From NCBI GenBank assembly GCA_003598175.1, contig QZKN01000085.1, forward strand, positions 71,879 to 135,878: 64,000 nt of DNA, in the 5' to 3' direction. Positions 9,719 through 18,354 of the stretch are shown one piece after another; positions within the stretch are counted from its first letter, which is position 1; each line of letters starts with the position of its first letter. The position numbers and the translations under genes are program-made. This stretch comes from Candidatus Omnitrophota bacterium. GTDB taxonomy: Bacteria > Hinthialibacterota > Hinthialibacteria > Hinthialibacterales > Hinthialibacteraceae. The notes below the pieces were generated by a model. The model ran no database searches, was not told where the DNA came from, and worked only from the letters and a program-made list of their open reading frames with translations.

Positions 9719-10612
9719 ATGAGAACGAATCATGCCAAAACCATCCGGTGCGTTCGAATTGGAAATCATGAGGTGGGACCGGGGCAACCGGCTTTTTTGA
9801 CGGCGGAAATCGGAATCAACCACAATGGCGACATTGCGATAGCCAAAAAATTGATCGACAAGGCCTCTCAGTTCGGCTACGGAGCGGTGAAATTCCAAAA
9901 ACGAACCCTCCAAGTGGTTTACACGGCGGAAGAATTGAATCAACCGCGGGAATCTCCTTTTGGCGTCACAAACGGAGATCTGAAGAGAAAATTGGAATTC
10001 GGTAAGGAGGAATATGCCGAAATCGATTGCTACTGTCGAGTAAAAGGGATCCTTTGGTTCGCTTCGCCTTGGGATGAAGAGAGCGTGGATTTTTTGGAAG
10101 AATTTAATCCTCCCTGTTATAAAATCGCCTCCGCCGGTTTGACGGATGATCATCTTCTTGCCTACATCAGAGCAACCAAACGTCCGATCATGTTGTCCAC
10201 TGGAATGAGCACCCTGGAAGAAATCGATCATGCCGTCGAAATTCTACAGGATTCGCCATTGATCCTGCTCCATTGCACCTCGACCTACCCATCCAAGCAT
10301 GAAGAATTAAATCTGTCGGTTATTGCGACTCTCCAGGAACGTTATCATCTCCCGGTGGGGTACAGTGGACATGAAGTTGATGTCATTCCTTCCCTGGTCG
10401 CCGTGGTCAGTTACGGTGCTTGTATTGTGGAGAGACATGTAACCTTGGATCGCAGTATGTGGGGCAGCGATCATGCCGCCAGTCTGGAACCGAGAGGAAT
10501 GGAACTGTTGTCGAAGTACATTCGTTTGTGGCCGATTATCAAGGGAGACGGCGTCAAACAAGTCTATGATAGCGAGCGGGCGATTAAAAAGAAACTACGC
10601 CGCAAGGGATAA
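9719..10612 (+). CDS. neuB: N-acetylneuraminate synthase family protein (short form, no C-terminal SAF domain)
   Basis: AEIGINHNGD, AVKFQKR, LHCTSTYP, GYSGHE, ERHVTLDRSMWGSDH. Confidence 0.9.
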   Translation: MRTNHAKTIRCVRIGNHEVGPGQPAFLTAEIGINHNGDIAIAKKLIDKASQFGYGAVKFQKRTLQVVYTAEELNQPRESPFGVTNGDLKRKLEFGKEEYAEIDCYCRVKGILWFASPWDEESVDFLEEFNPPCYKIASAGLTDDHLLAYIRATKRPIMLSTGMSTLEEIDHAVEILQDSPLILLHCTSTYPSKHEELNLSVIATLQERYHLPVGYSGHEVDVIPSLVAVVSYGACIVERHVTLDRSMWGSDHAASLEPRGMELLSKYIRLWPIIKGDGVKQVYDSERAIKKKLRRKG

Positions 10613-10645
10613 ACAGGGAATGGAATTTTCCACGGCAACGAACGG

Positions 10646-11827
10646 ATGAAAAAAACGCTTTCTCTTTTGCATTTGGCAAACTGGAACAGCACGAATATCG
10701 GCAACGGCGCGTTGATTGATGGGACGCACACTGTGCTGGAGGAAGATTTGCCGCTTCCCATCGACTGGACGCCGGTCGCTTGGGATGATTATACCTTCGG
10801 CCTGATTCCATTTGATGAACGATTCGTGGAACTCATTAACGAATCCGACGGAATGATCATCAACGGAGCCGTCACGATCAACGGGCGGGAGTACCTGAAG
10901 AATGCAGGCATGCGTTTCGATCTTCCCTATGCGCTATGGTCAAAGATACAAAAACCGTTGATTTTTTACGGCATCTCGTATCGTCACTGGTCCGGCCAAC
11001 CGTTTTATCATGCCTCGCAACTTCGGCGTTCGATTGAATTCATACTCAACAGTCCCTTGATGATTTTTGGCGTCCGTAACGACGGCACGAAAGAATGGCT
11101 GGAGCGACAAGTGGGAATTGCATCCGAGAAAATTGTCTCCATACCGGACATGGGTCTCTTCGTAACCGGCGAAGCAGGTTATTTCCCCCAAATTCGGAAT
11201 CAATACAAAAACCTGATTCTCGCATTTAACAACGAAGACGCCGAGTATCGTTATGGCATTCCCGCACGCCCATCCAAGACGGAGGAGAATGACGTCAATC
11301 CTTACAGGGAGCGACGCTCCGACATATTAAAAAAGATTGGGCATACCGTGGAACGACTGGCCGCGGAATGGAATCTGAACATGATCCTGGTTCCGCACTA
11401 TTTCGATGATTTTTCCATGGTGAGTGAATTCGTTTCCCATTGTCGCCCTCAACTTGCCCATCAACATATGGTTTCCACGGGGCTGTTACCAGTATCCGCA
11501 ACCAGACATTTCTATGGATTCTACTCCAAAGCCGATGCCGCCATGAGTATGAGAGTCCATTCCATGTCGCCATCCATCGGATTGGGTATTCCGATGATTC
11601 CCGTTATTACCCAGGAGCGAATGAGGGTGTATTTGAAAGAAGCCGAATTGAGTGATTGGAGCATCGATGCATTTTCTCCCCATCTGGAAGAGCAGTTGTA
11701 TGAATCCTTAACCACGTTGTTGAGAAATCCTGAATCCATCCAAATGCGATTCGCAGCCGCGCGGCGACGTTTTCGCGAACAATGTCGTGCATTCAATCGG
11801 AAAGTCGCCGCGATTCTGGTGCAATGA
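10646..11827 (+). CDS. Polysaccharide pyruvyl transferase family protein
   Basis: N-terminal NIGNGAL, GVRND, IPDMG and SMRVHS motifs. Confidence 0.75.
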   Translation: MKKTLSLLHLANWNSTNIGNGALIDGTHTVLEEDLPLPIDWTPVAWDDYTFGLIPFDERFVELINESDGMIINGAVTINGREYLKNAGMRFDLPYALWSKIQKPLIFYGISYRHWSGQPFYHASQLRRSIEFILNSPLMIFGVRNDGTKEWLERQVGIASEKIVSIPDMGLFVTGEAGYFPQIRNQYKNLILAFNNEDAEYRYGIPARPSKTEENDVNPYRERRSDILKKIGHTVERLAAEWNLNMILVPHYFDDFSMVSEFVSHCRPQLAHQHMVSTGLLPVSATRHFYGFYSKADAAMSMRVHSMSPSIGLGIPMIPVITQERMRVYLKEAELSDWSIDAFSPHLEEQLYESLTTLLRNPESIQMRFAAARRRFREQCRAFNRKVAAILVQ

Positions 11828-12324
11828 GTCTCATCCCACTGACGTCCATCCAACTGATCGTCTTTGATTTTGACGGCGTATTAACGGACAATCGGGTGCT
11901 GGTTTTAGAAAACGGAATGGAAGGCGTTTTTTGCAATCGCAGCGATGGTCTGGCATTCGATTTGTTACGCAAGGTTCCGATTCCGACCATGATTCTGTCA
12001 ACAGAAACGAATCCAGTGGTTAAAGTCAGAGCCGAAAAATTGAAACTTCCGGTTTTGCATGGGATCGATAATAAGGGGATCGTGTTACAGGACTATTGTC
12101 AAAAAGAACAGATCGATCTAAATCATGTGATTTTTGTGGGAAACGACATCAATGATTTGCCCGCCATGCAAATCGTCGGATATCCCGTAGCCGTGGCGGA
12201 TGCTCATCCGGCGGTGTTGAAGAATGCCCGGTATATACTATCGGCGAAGGGTGGGGAAGGCGCGGCGCGTGCATTGGTTTCCGAACTGCTGGACATTGAA
12301 TTTTTTTTACAGAAAGCAGATTGA
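11824..12324 (+). CDS. kdsC: KdsC/YrbI-type HAD phosphatase (ulosonate-phosphate phosphatase)
   Basis: FDFDGVLTD and FVGNDINDL. ATG at 11824 overlaps the upstream stop (ATGA). Confidence 0.85.
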   Translation: MSLIPLTSIQLIVFDFDGVLTDNRVLVLENGMEGVFCNRSDGLAFDLLRKVPIPTMILSTETNPVVKVRAEKLKLPVLHGIDNKGIVLQDYCQKEQIDLNHVIFVGNDINDLPAMQIVGYPVAVADAHPAVLKNARYILSAKGGEGAARALVSELLDIEFFLQKAD

Positions 12325-12326
12325 TC

Positions 12327-13097
12327 ATGGTCAATGAAATCCCCCAGGTTCTTGCCCTTATCCCGGCGCGGGGACAATCCAAATCGGTTCCCCGAAAAAA
12401 CATTCGTCCCGTCCTGGGAAAACCGCTGGTTGCCTACTCCATCGAATGCGCGAAGAAATGCAAACGCATTCAGCGTGTGATCGTTTCCACCGATGATCCC
12501 GAAATCGCGGAAATCGCCAAAACATACAACGCCGAAGTGCCGTTTCTGCGCCCGGCGGAAATCAGCGGAGATTTCTCTCTGGACGTGGAATTTCATTGTC
12601 ATGCGATTCGTTGGCTTCAGGAACATGAGCGCTATGTCCCCGATGCGGTGGTCAATCTGCGCCCTCCGCATCCCATTCGGAATCCGGCTACGATCGACCG
12701 GGCGATCGCATTGTTTTTGTCGCGGAACGATATCGACAGTTTGCGTTCCGTCAGAAAATCAGATCTCAGTCCTTATAAAATGTGGAAAATGGATGAAGCC
12801 GGGCTATTGCAACCAGTAGCTTCGCTGGATGGTGTAATTGAACCGTACAATCAACCTCGCCAAATTTTACCGATGGTGTACTGGCAGGATGGGTATGTGG
12901 ATATTACACGTCCCTCCGTTATCCTGGAGAAAAATTCCACGACCGGGGATCGAATTCTTCCCTTCCTGATCGAGGAGGAATGCATCGATATCGATTACGA
13001 AGATGAAATCGAACAAGCCGAGAAAATCCTGAAAGGGGAAACGCTCCCAAAGTTATCTCCATCTCATCCGCAAACACAAGAGAGATACCCATCATGA
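12327..13097 (+). CDS. neuA: CMP-nonulosonate synthetase (acylneuraminate cytidylyltransferase)
   Basis: IPARGQSKSVPRKNI, VSTDD, PFLRPAEIS, IDIDYEDE. Confidence 0.9.
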   Translation: MVNEIPQVLALIPARGQSKSVPRKNIRPVLGKPLVAYSIECAKKCKRIQRVIVSTDDPEIAEIAKTYNAEVPFLRPAEISGDFSLDVEFHCHAIRWLQEHERYVPDAVVNLRPPHPIRNPATIDRAIALFLSRNDIDSLRSVRKSDLSPYKMWKMDEAGLLQPVASLDGVIEPYNQPRQILPMVYWQDGYVDITRPSVILEKNSTTGDRILPFLIEEECIDIDYEDEIEQAEKILKGETLPKLSPSHPQTQERYPS

Positions 13098-14128
13098 AAT
13101 TTTTAATTCTGGGATTAGGATCGATTGGTCAGCGACATTGTCGAATCCTGCGTCAACTTCAGAATGAGAAGGTAGAACTTTATACTGTTCGCACCCGAAA
13201 TCGGAATATCGTCATTCATGACAACATGATGGCCGAGGAAGGGGTGGATCCATTGCCGTATTATGGAATCACTCCTTGCGCTTCCCTGGACGAGGCGTTA
13301 CATCTGGATCTGACCGCCGTATTCGTCACCAATCCGATCTCCATGCATGTCGACACTGCGATTAGCGCCGCGGAAAAGGGACATTCTCTATTTATTGAAA
13401 AACCGTTAAGCCATTCATTACAGAATGTGGAACGATTGAGTCGGTTGGTGGAGGAAAAGAAATTAGTGACCTTTGTGGGGTATCAATTGCGATTTCATCC
13501 TGCGCTTGAATACATCCGTGCGTGTCTGCAGGCGGGTGAAATCGGGGATGTTTATTATGCGGATTTCCATTTCGGAGAATGGCTGCCGGGGATGCATCCC
13601 TACGAAGATTATCGCGAAAGTCATGCCGCGCGGAAGGATCAGGGTGGGGGAGTCATCTTGTGTTTGAGTCATGAAATCGATATGGCCCATTGGTTGTTTG
13701 GATTCCCCAGACTGGCGTCGGCTGTTGGCGGGCATATCAGCCGGTTGGAAATGGATGTGGAGGATATGGCCAAAATTCTTTTGCAATTTGACCAGGACGG
13801 CCATTCCTTTCCCGTTTCCATCCATTTGGATTTTTTGCAGCGTCCCCCCAGGCGGGAATGTCTCATCCTCGGTGAAAAAGGCTCGTTATATTGGAATTAT
13901 TATACCAATCAGGTTATCCGGAAACTCCAAAATGAACGAACACCGGAGGAGAAGAATTTCCGGGATTTTCAGCGAAATGATATGTTTTTCAAAGAAATTC
14001 GACAATTTATTGCCGCGTTGCGAGGAGAAGCGGATTCCGCTATTCCGCTGCAGGACGGGATTCAAACGTTGAAAATTTGTCTGGCCGCTTTAACAAGCCT
14101 GGAAACAGGAACAACGGTGTCATTATGA
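13094..14128 (+). CDS. Gfo/Idh/MocA family oxidoreductase
   Basis: GLGSIGQRH, FIEKPL, GYQLRFHP, GGGVILCLSHEID. Confidence 0.9.
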   Translation: MKFLILGLGSIGQRHCRILRQLQNEKVELYTVRTRNRNIVIHDNMMAEEGVDPLPYYGITPCASLDEALHLDLTAVFVTNPISMHVDTAISAAEKGHSLFIEKPLSHSLQNVERLSRLVEEKKLVTFVGYQLRFHPALEYIRACLQAGEIGDVYYADFHFGEWLPGMHPYEDYRESHAARKDQGGGVILCLSHEIDMAHWLFGFPRLASAVGGHISRLEMDVEDMAKILLQFDQDGHSFPVSIHLDFLQRPPRRECLILGEKGSLYWNYYTNQVIRKLQNERTPEEKNFRDFQRNDMFFKEIRQFIAALRGEADSAIPLQDGIQTLKICLAALTSLETGTTVSL

Positions 14129-14973
14129 ATGAATTCTCAAAAAATGTGGTTCAACAGCGGATGCGATTGGATGGCCGAATCGCCCTGATTACGGGAGGCG
14201 CCGGCTTGTTGGGGATTCAACATGCGGAAGCAATTGCCGAAATGGGGGGAATCCCAATCCTGCTGGACATCAATGACAAAATCGTGCGGGAGAAAGCAGC
14301 GGAAATCGCTTCCAAATACAATGTTCCGGCTTCCGGCTTCTATGCGGACATCACAAAAAAAGAAATGCTGCAGTCGGTACAGTCCGAAATCGAACAAAAA
14401 GTCGGTCCAGTGGAAATACTCATCAACAACGCCGCCAACAATCCCAAAGTGGAGGGCGGATACGATGCGAAAAACTGGACGCGGTTTGAAAACCTGCCGA
14501 TATCCGTCTGGCAGGATGACCTGGATGTGGGATTGACCGGCGCTTTTCTATGTTCCCAGCTTTTCGGGTCGGTCATGGCAAAACGAAAACGTGGAGTCAT
14601 CCTGAACATCGCTTCCGATTTGGCGGTTATCGCTCCTGATCAACGAATTTATGCAGAATCCGGTTTACCGGAAGAAGAACAGAATGTGAAACCCGTAACC
14701 TACTCCGTGGTCAAGACCGGCTTGTTGGGGCTGACGCGATATCTGGCGACCTATTGGGCGGATAAATGCGTCCGGGTCAATGCCCTGTCTCCCGGCGGCG
14801 TCTACACCGGGCAGGACGAAGCATTTGTCAAGCGTTTGTCGAACTTGATTCCGATGGGGCGTATGGCGGCCAAAGACGAATACCGTGCGGCGGTTGTTTT
14901 TCTGGTGTCGGATGCATCCAGTTTCATGACCGGCGCGAACCTCATTATCGAGGGAGGAAGAACAATCTGGTAA
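14125..14973 (+). CDS. SDR oxidoreductase (PtmA/ElaC-like)
   Basis: TGGAGLLG, INNAA, YSVVK catalytic YxxxK, VRVNALSPGG. ATG at 14125 overlaps the previous stop. Confidence 0.85.
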   Translation: MNEFSKNVVQQRMRLDGRIALITGGAGLLGIQHAEAIAEMGGIPILLDINDKIVREKAAEIASKYNVPASGFYADITKKEMLQSVQSEIEQKVGPVEILINNAANNPKVEGGYDAKNWTRFENLPISVWQDDLDVGLTGAFLCSQLFGSVMAKRKRGVILNIASDLAVIAPDQRIYAESGLPEEEQNVKPVTYSVVKTGLLGLTRYLATYWADKCVRVNALSPGGVYTGQDEAFVKRLSNLIPMGRMAAKDEYRAAVVFLVSDASSFMTGANLIIEGGRTIW

Positions 14974-15093
14974 TGAATGGACCGGATCGTTCAAAACTGC
15001 CTATATGTTCCGGGTCGGAATATGGTGGTTTTCATTCACTTGAGAAACAATACTGATGGAATAAATACAAAATTAAGGTAATTATAAAAATCA

Positions 15094-16065
15094 ATGGACG
15101 GTAAAATCATACTCATCACTGGTGGTACGGGATCGTTCGGGAAAAAGTTCGTCGATATCACGCTCCGGACTTATCAACCGAAAAAACTAATCATCTTCAG
15201 CCGCGACGAGCTCAAACAACATGAAATGCGGACGGGAGGTTTCGATCATCCTGCTTTGCGCTATTTCATCGGCGATGTGCGGGATGGTAACCGGCTCTAT
15301 CGGGCCATGCACGGGGTCGATATCGTGGTCCACGCCGCGGCGTTGAAGCAGGTTCCCGCGTGCGAATACAATCCGATCGAAGCCATCATGACCAACATCA
15401 TGGGCGCGAAAAACATTATCGACGCCGCCATCGACAACGGCGTGAAGAAAGTGATTGCGCTGAGCACCGATAAAGCCGTGAATCCGATCAATTTATACGG
15501 CGCGACGAAATTGACGGCGGAAAAACTCTTCGTACAGAGCAATGCCTATGCGGGAAGGACCGGGACGCGTTTCAGCTGTGTGCGCTATGGAAATGTGGTG
15601 GGCAGCCGGGGGAGCGTGATTCCGCTCTTCCTGAAACAAAAGGCAACCGGCAAGATCACTATTACCGACGAACGGATGACTCGTTTTTGGATTACGTTGG
15701 AACAGGGCGTCCAATTCGTACTCAAATGCACGGAGATGATGCACGGCGGCGAAGTGTTCGTGCCGAAAATCCCCAGCATGAATATTATGGACCTTGCCAA
15801 CGCCATTGCTCCGGAGTGTGAAATCGAAATCATCGGAATTCGCCCGGGCGAAAAAATACATGAACTGCTTGTCTCCTCCGAAGAGGCGCATCATTCGTTG
15901 GAATTCGAAGACTTTTTTGTTATCCAACCCAGCCATCCGTGGTGGAAAACCGGAAACTGGACGGAGGGAAAGACGCTCCCGGATGATTATTGCTATTCAA
16001 GTAGTAATAATGACCATTGGCTCAAGATTACCGAACTGAAAGAATTGATGAAACCTATTTCATAA
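15094..16065 (+). CDS. pseB: UDP-N-acetylglucosamine 4,6-dehydratase (inverting)
   Basis: ITGGTGSFG, SRDELKQ, HAAALKQVPACEYNP, STDKA, RYGNVVGSRGSV, GIRPGEK. Confidence 0.95.
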   Translation: MDGKIILITGGTGSFGKKFVDITLRTYQPKKLIIFSRDELKQHEMRTGGFDHPALRYFIGDVRDGNRLYRAMHGVDIVVHAAALKQVPACEYNPIEAIMTNIMGAKNIIDAAIDNGVKKVIALSTDKAVNPINLYGATKLTAEKLFVQSNAYAGRTGTRFSCVRYGNVVGSRGSVIPLFLKQKATGKITITDERMTRFWITLEQGVQFVLKCTEMMHGGEVFVPKIPSMNIMDLANAIAPECEIEIIGIRPGEKIHELLVSSEEAHHSLEFEDFFVIQPSHPWWKTGNWTEGKTLPDDYCYSSSNNDHWLKITELKELMKPIS

Positions 16066-16142
16066 CGTAATCACGTTGGCTTTTCATCGATTGGTGAAAA
16101 CCGTTCTTTGTTCGTTTATTCGTTGGAATTATTACTCCCCAT

Positions 16143-17300
16143 ATGAATAAAAAATTGTTACCCTATGGCCGTCATTCCGTTTCGGAAGAGGATATAAGGG
16201 CTGTTGTCGAAGTGCTCCGCTCTGATTGGCTGACGACCGGACCAAAGATAGCCGAATTCGAGCAACAAATCGCTGAATTTGTCGGCGTTAAAGAAGGCGT
16301 GGCTGTCAACAGTGGAACCGCCGCATTGCACTGTGCGATGTTCGCCGCCGGTATCGGCCCTGGAGATGAGGTCATCGTTCCTCCCTTGACCTTTGCGGCC
16401 ACCGCGAATTGTATTTTGTATATGGGGGGAAGACCTGTTTTTGCAGACATCGAACCGGACACGTTGCTGCTTGATCCCGCCGAGGTGGAAAAGAAGATCA
16501 CCGATAAAACCAAGGCTGTCATCGCCGTCGATTACGCCGGCCAACCATGTGACTACGACGCCTTGCGAGCCATCACGGATCGGCATGGTTTACTGCTCAT
16601 CGCGGATTCCTGCCATGCGCTTGGCGCGCGCTATAAAGATCGACCTATCGGTTCCCTTGCGGATTTGACCTGTTTCAGTTTCCATCCGGTAAAACATATC
16701 ACCACCGGAGAAGGTGGTATGGTGGTGACGGATAATCCTGATTTTGCCGAACCGATTCGTCGATTTCGAAATCATGGCATTACGACAGACCACCGACAGC
16801 GATCGGAACGGGGCACCTGGTATTACGAAATGACGGATTTGGGATTCAATTACCGGATCACCGATTTTCAGTGCGCGCTGGGGATTAGTCAGTTGAAACG
16901 GTTGCAGGAGTGGGTATCCCGCCGCCGTGAGATTGCGGCCTCTTATGATCGCGTTTTCGTTGACGTCGATGCCGTTCAAATGGTTCGCATCCGTCCGGAT
17001 GCTTACCATGCCTATCATCTCTATCCGATTCTACTACGACTTGAGAAACTGAACATCAGCAGAACGATCCTGTTCCAGGAATTGGTTTCCGCCGGGATTG
17101 GCGTCAACGTTCACTATATCCCGGTTCATTTGCATCCCTATTATCGGCGGCGATTTCAAACCGGCGCCGGGAATTGTCCACATGCCGAACAGCGATATGA
17201 ACAGTTGCTAAGTTTGCCGATGTTTCCGGCCATGCGCGATGACGATGTGGAATTTGTCATTCAACAGATCACACAGGTTATCCGCAAGAATCAGCGTTAA
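16143..17300 (+). CDS. pseC: UDP-4-keto-6-deoxy-AltNAc aminotransferase (DegT family)
   Basis: LPYGRH, SDWLTTGP, FSFHPVKHITTGEGG, LGFNYRITDFQCALG, VNVHYIPVH. Confidence 0.9.
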   Translation: MNKKLLPYGRHSVSEEDIRAVVEVLRSDWLTTGPKIAEFEQQIAEFVGVKEGVAVNSGTAALHCAMFAAGIGPGDEVIVPPLTFAATANCILYMGGRPVFADIEPDTLLLDPAEVEKKITDKTKAVIAVDYAGQPCDYDALRAITDRHGLLLIADSCHALGARYKDRPIGSLADLTCFSFHPVKHITTGEGGMVVTDNPDFAEPIRRFRNHGITTDHRQRSERGTWYYEMTDLGFNYRITDFQCALGISQLKRLQEWVSRRREIAASYDRVFVDVDAVQMVRIRPDAYHAYHLYPILLRLEKLNISRTILFQELVSAGIGVNVHYIPVHLHPYYRRRFQTGAGNCPHAEQRYEQLLSLPMFPAMRDDDVEFVIQQITQVIRKNQR

Positions 17301-17311
17301 ACATAATCCTC

Positions 17312-18352
17312 ATGGTAAGCATGAATCGACAAATAGAACTCGGCGACCAGCCCTGGCGCGTTCTGGTGATGGGCTGTGGTTCGATTGGGAAGCGCCATAT
17401 TTCCAACCTGTTGTCATTGGGCATCCGGCCTCTTGTCGTTTATGATATCCATAAAGAACGAACGCAGGAAATCGAAACCCTCTATTCTCTTCCGACAACG
17501 AATACTCTGGATTCCACTTGGGAACTACAACCGAATGTCGCCTTGATTTGCGCTCCTTCGAGTCTGCACATTCCATTGGCAATCGAAGCGGCGAATCATG
17601 GTTGTCATCTATTTATAGAAAAACCGTTGGGAGATTCGCTGGCGGGGATCGACGAATTATTGCAGCTGGTTGCCAAAAACCATTTGTTCACATTGGTGGG
17701 ATGCAATATGCGGTTTCATCCCGCCTTGCTTTTGATCCAATCGTTGTTGGAAAGCCGAACCATTGGCCGTGTGATTTCCATGCAAGTGGAAGTGGGAAAG
17801 TATCTGCCGGACTGGCATCCGCAGGAAGATTATCGAAAAAATTACAGCGCCCAAAAAAAAATGGGTGGCGGGATTATTCTGGACGCGATCCACGAACTGG
17901 ACTATATCCGCTGGCTCCTGGGGGAAGTGAAATCGATTGTTTGTTTTGCGGATCATTTGAGCCATTTGGAAATTGACACGGAAGATACCGCCGCGATTTT
18001 ATTGCGTTTCGCCAATCAGGAAATCGGGGAAGTGCATTTGGATTACGTACAACGGAGTTCCAATCGAAGTTGTCGTGTGATTGGAGACGAAGGGACAATC
18101 GTCTGGACATCCGCGTCTGGGAAAGTGTCCTGGTACACTGCCGCATCCCAACAGTGGCAAGAGCAGGTCCTGGCGCCCGATTGGCGCACCAATCAAATGT
18201 ATCTCGACGAATTAATCCACTTTTTTCATTGTTTGAAAGAGCAGAAAAAAACAATGCAGGATGTGGAGGAAGGAAAACGAGTGTTGGAAATCGCTCTGGC
18301 GGCCAAGCAATCCGCCATACAGGATCGTGTGATCCGCTTCAGTGAGGTCTAA
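17312..18352 (+). CDS. Gfo/Idh/MocA family oxidoreductase (paralog of 13094-14128)
   Basis: GCGSIGKRH, FIEKPL, YLPDWHPQEDYR, GGGIILDAIHELD. Confidence 0.9.
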   Translation: MVSMNRQIELGDQPWRVLVMGCGSIGKRHISNLLSLGIRPLVVYDIHKERTQEIETLYSLPTTNTLDSTWELQPNVALICAPSSLHIPLAIEAANHGCHLFIEKPLGDSLAGIDELLQLVAKNHLFTLVGCNMRFHPALLLIQSLLESRTIGRVISMQVEVGKYLPDWHPQEDYRKNYSAQKKMGGGIILDAIHELDYIRWLLGEVKSIVCFADHLSHLEIDTEDTAAILLRFANQEIGEVHLDYVQRSSNRSCRVIGDEGTIVWTSASGKVSWYTAASQQWQEQVLAPDWRTNQMYLDELIHFFHCLKEQKKTMQDVEEGKRVLEIALAAKQSAIQDRVIRFSEV

Positions 18353-18354
18353 GT

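Noticed and set aside
16081-16120. Hairpin TTTTCATC-GATT-GGTGAAAA followed by T-rich run between pseB and pseC
   Set aside because: Weak AT-rich stem and interrupted U-tract; not enough to call a terminator.
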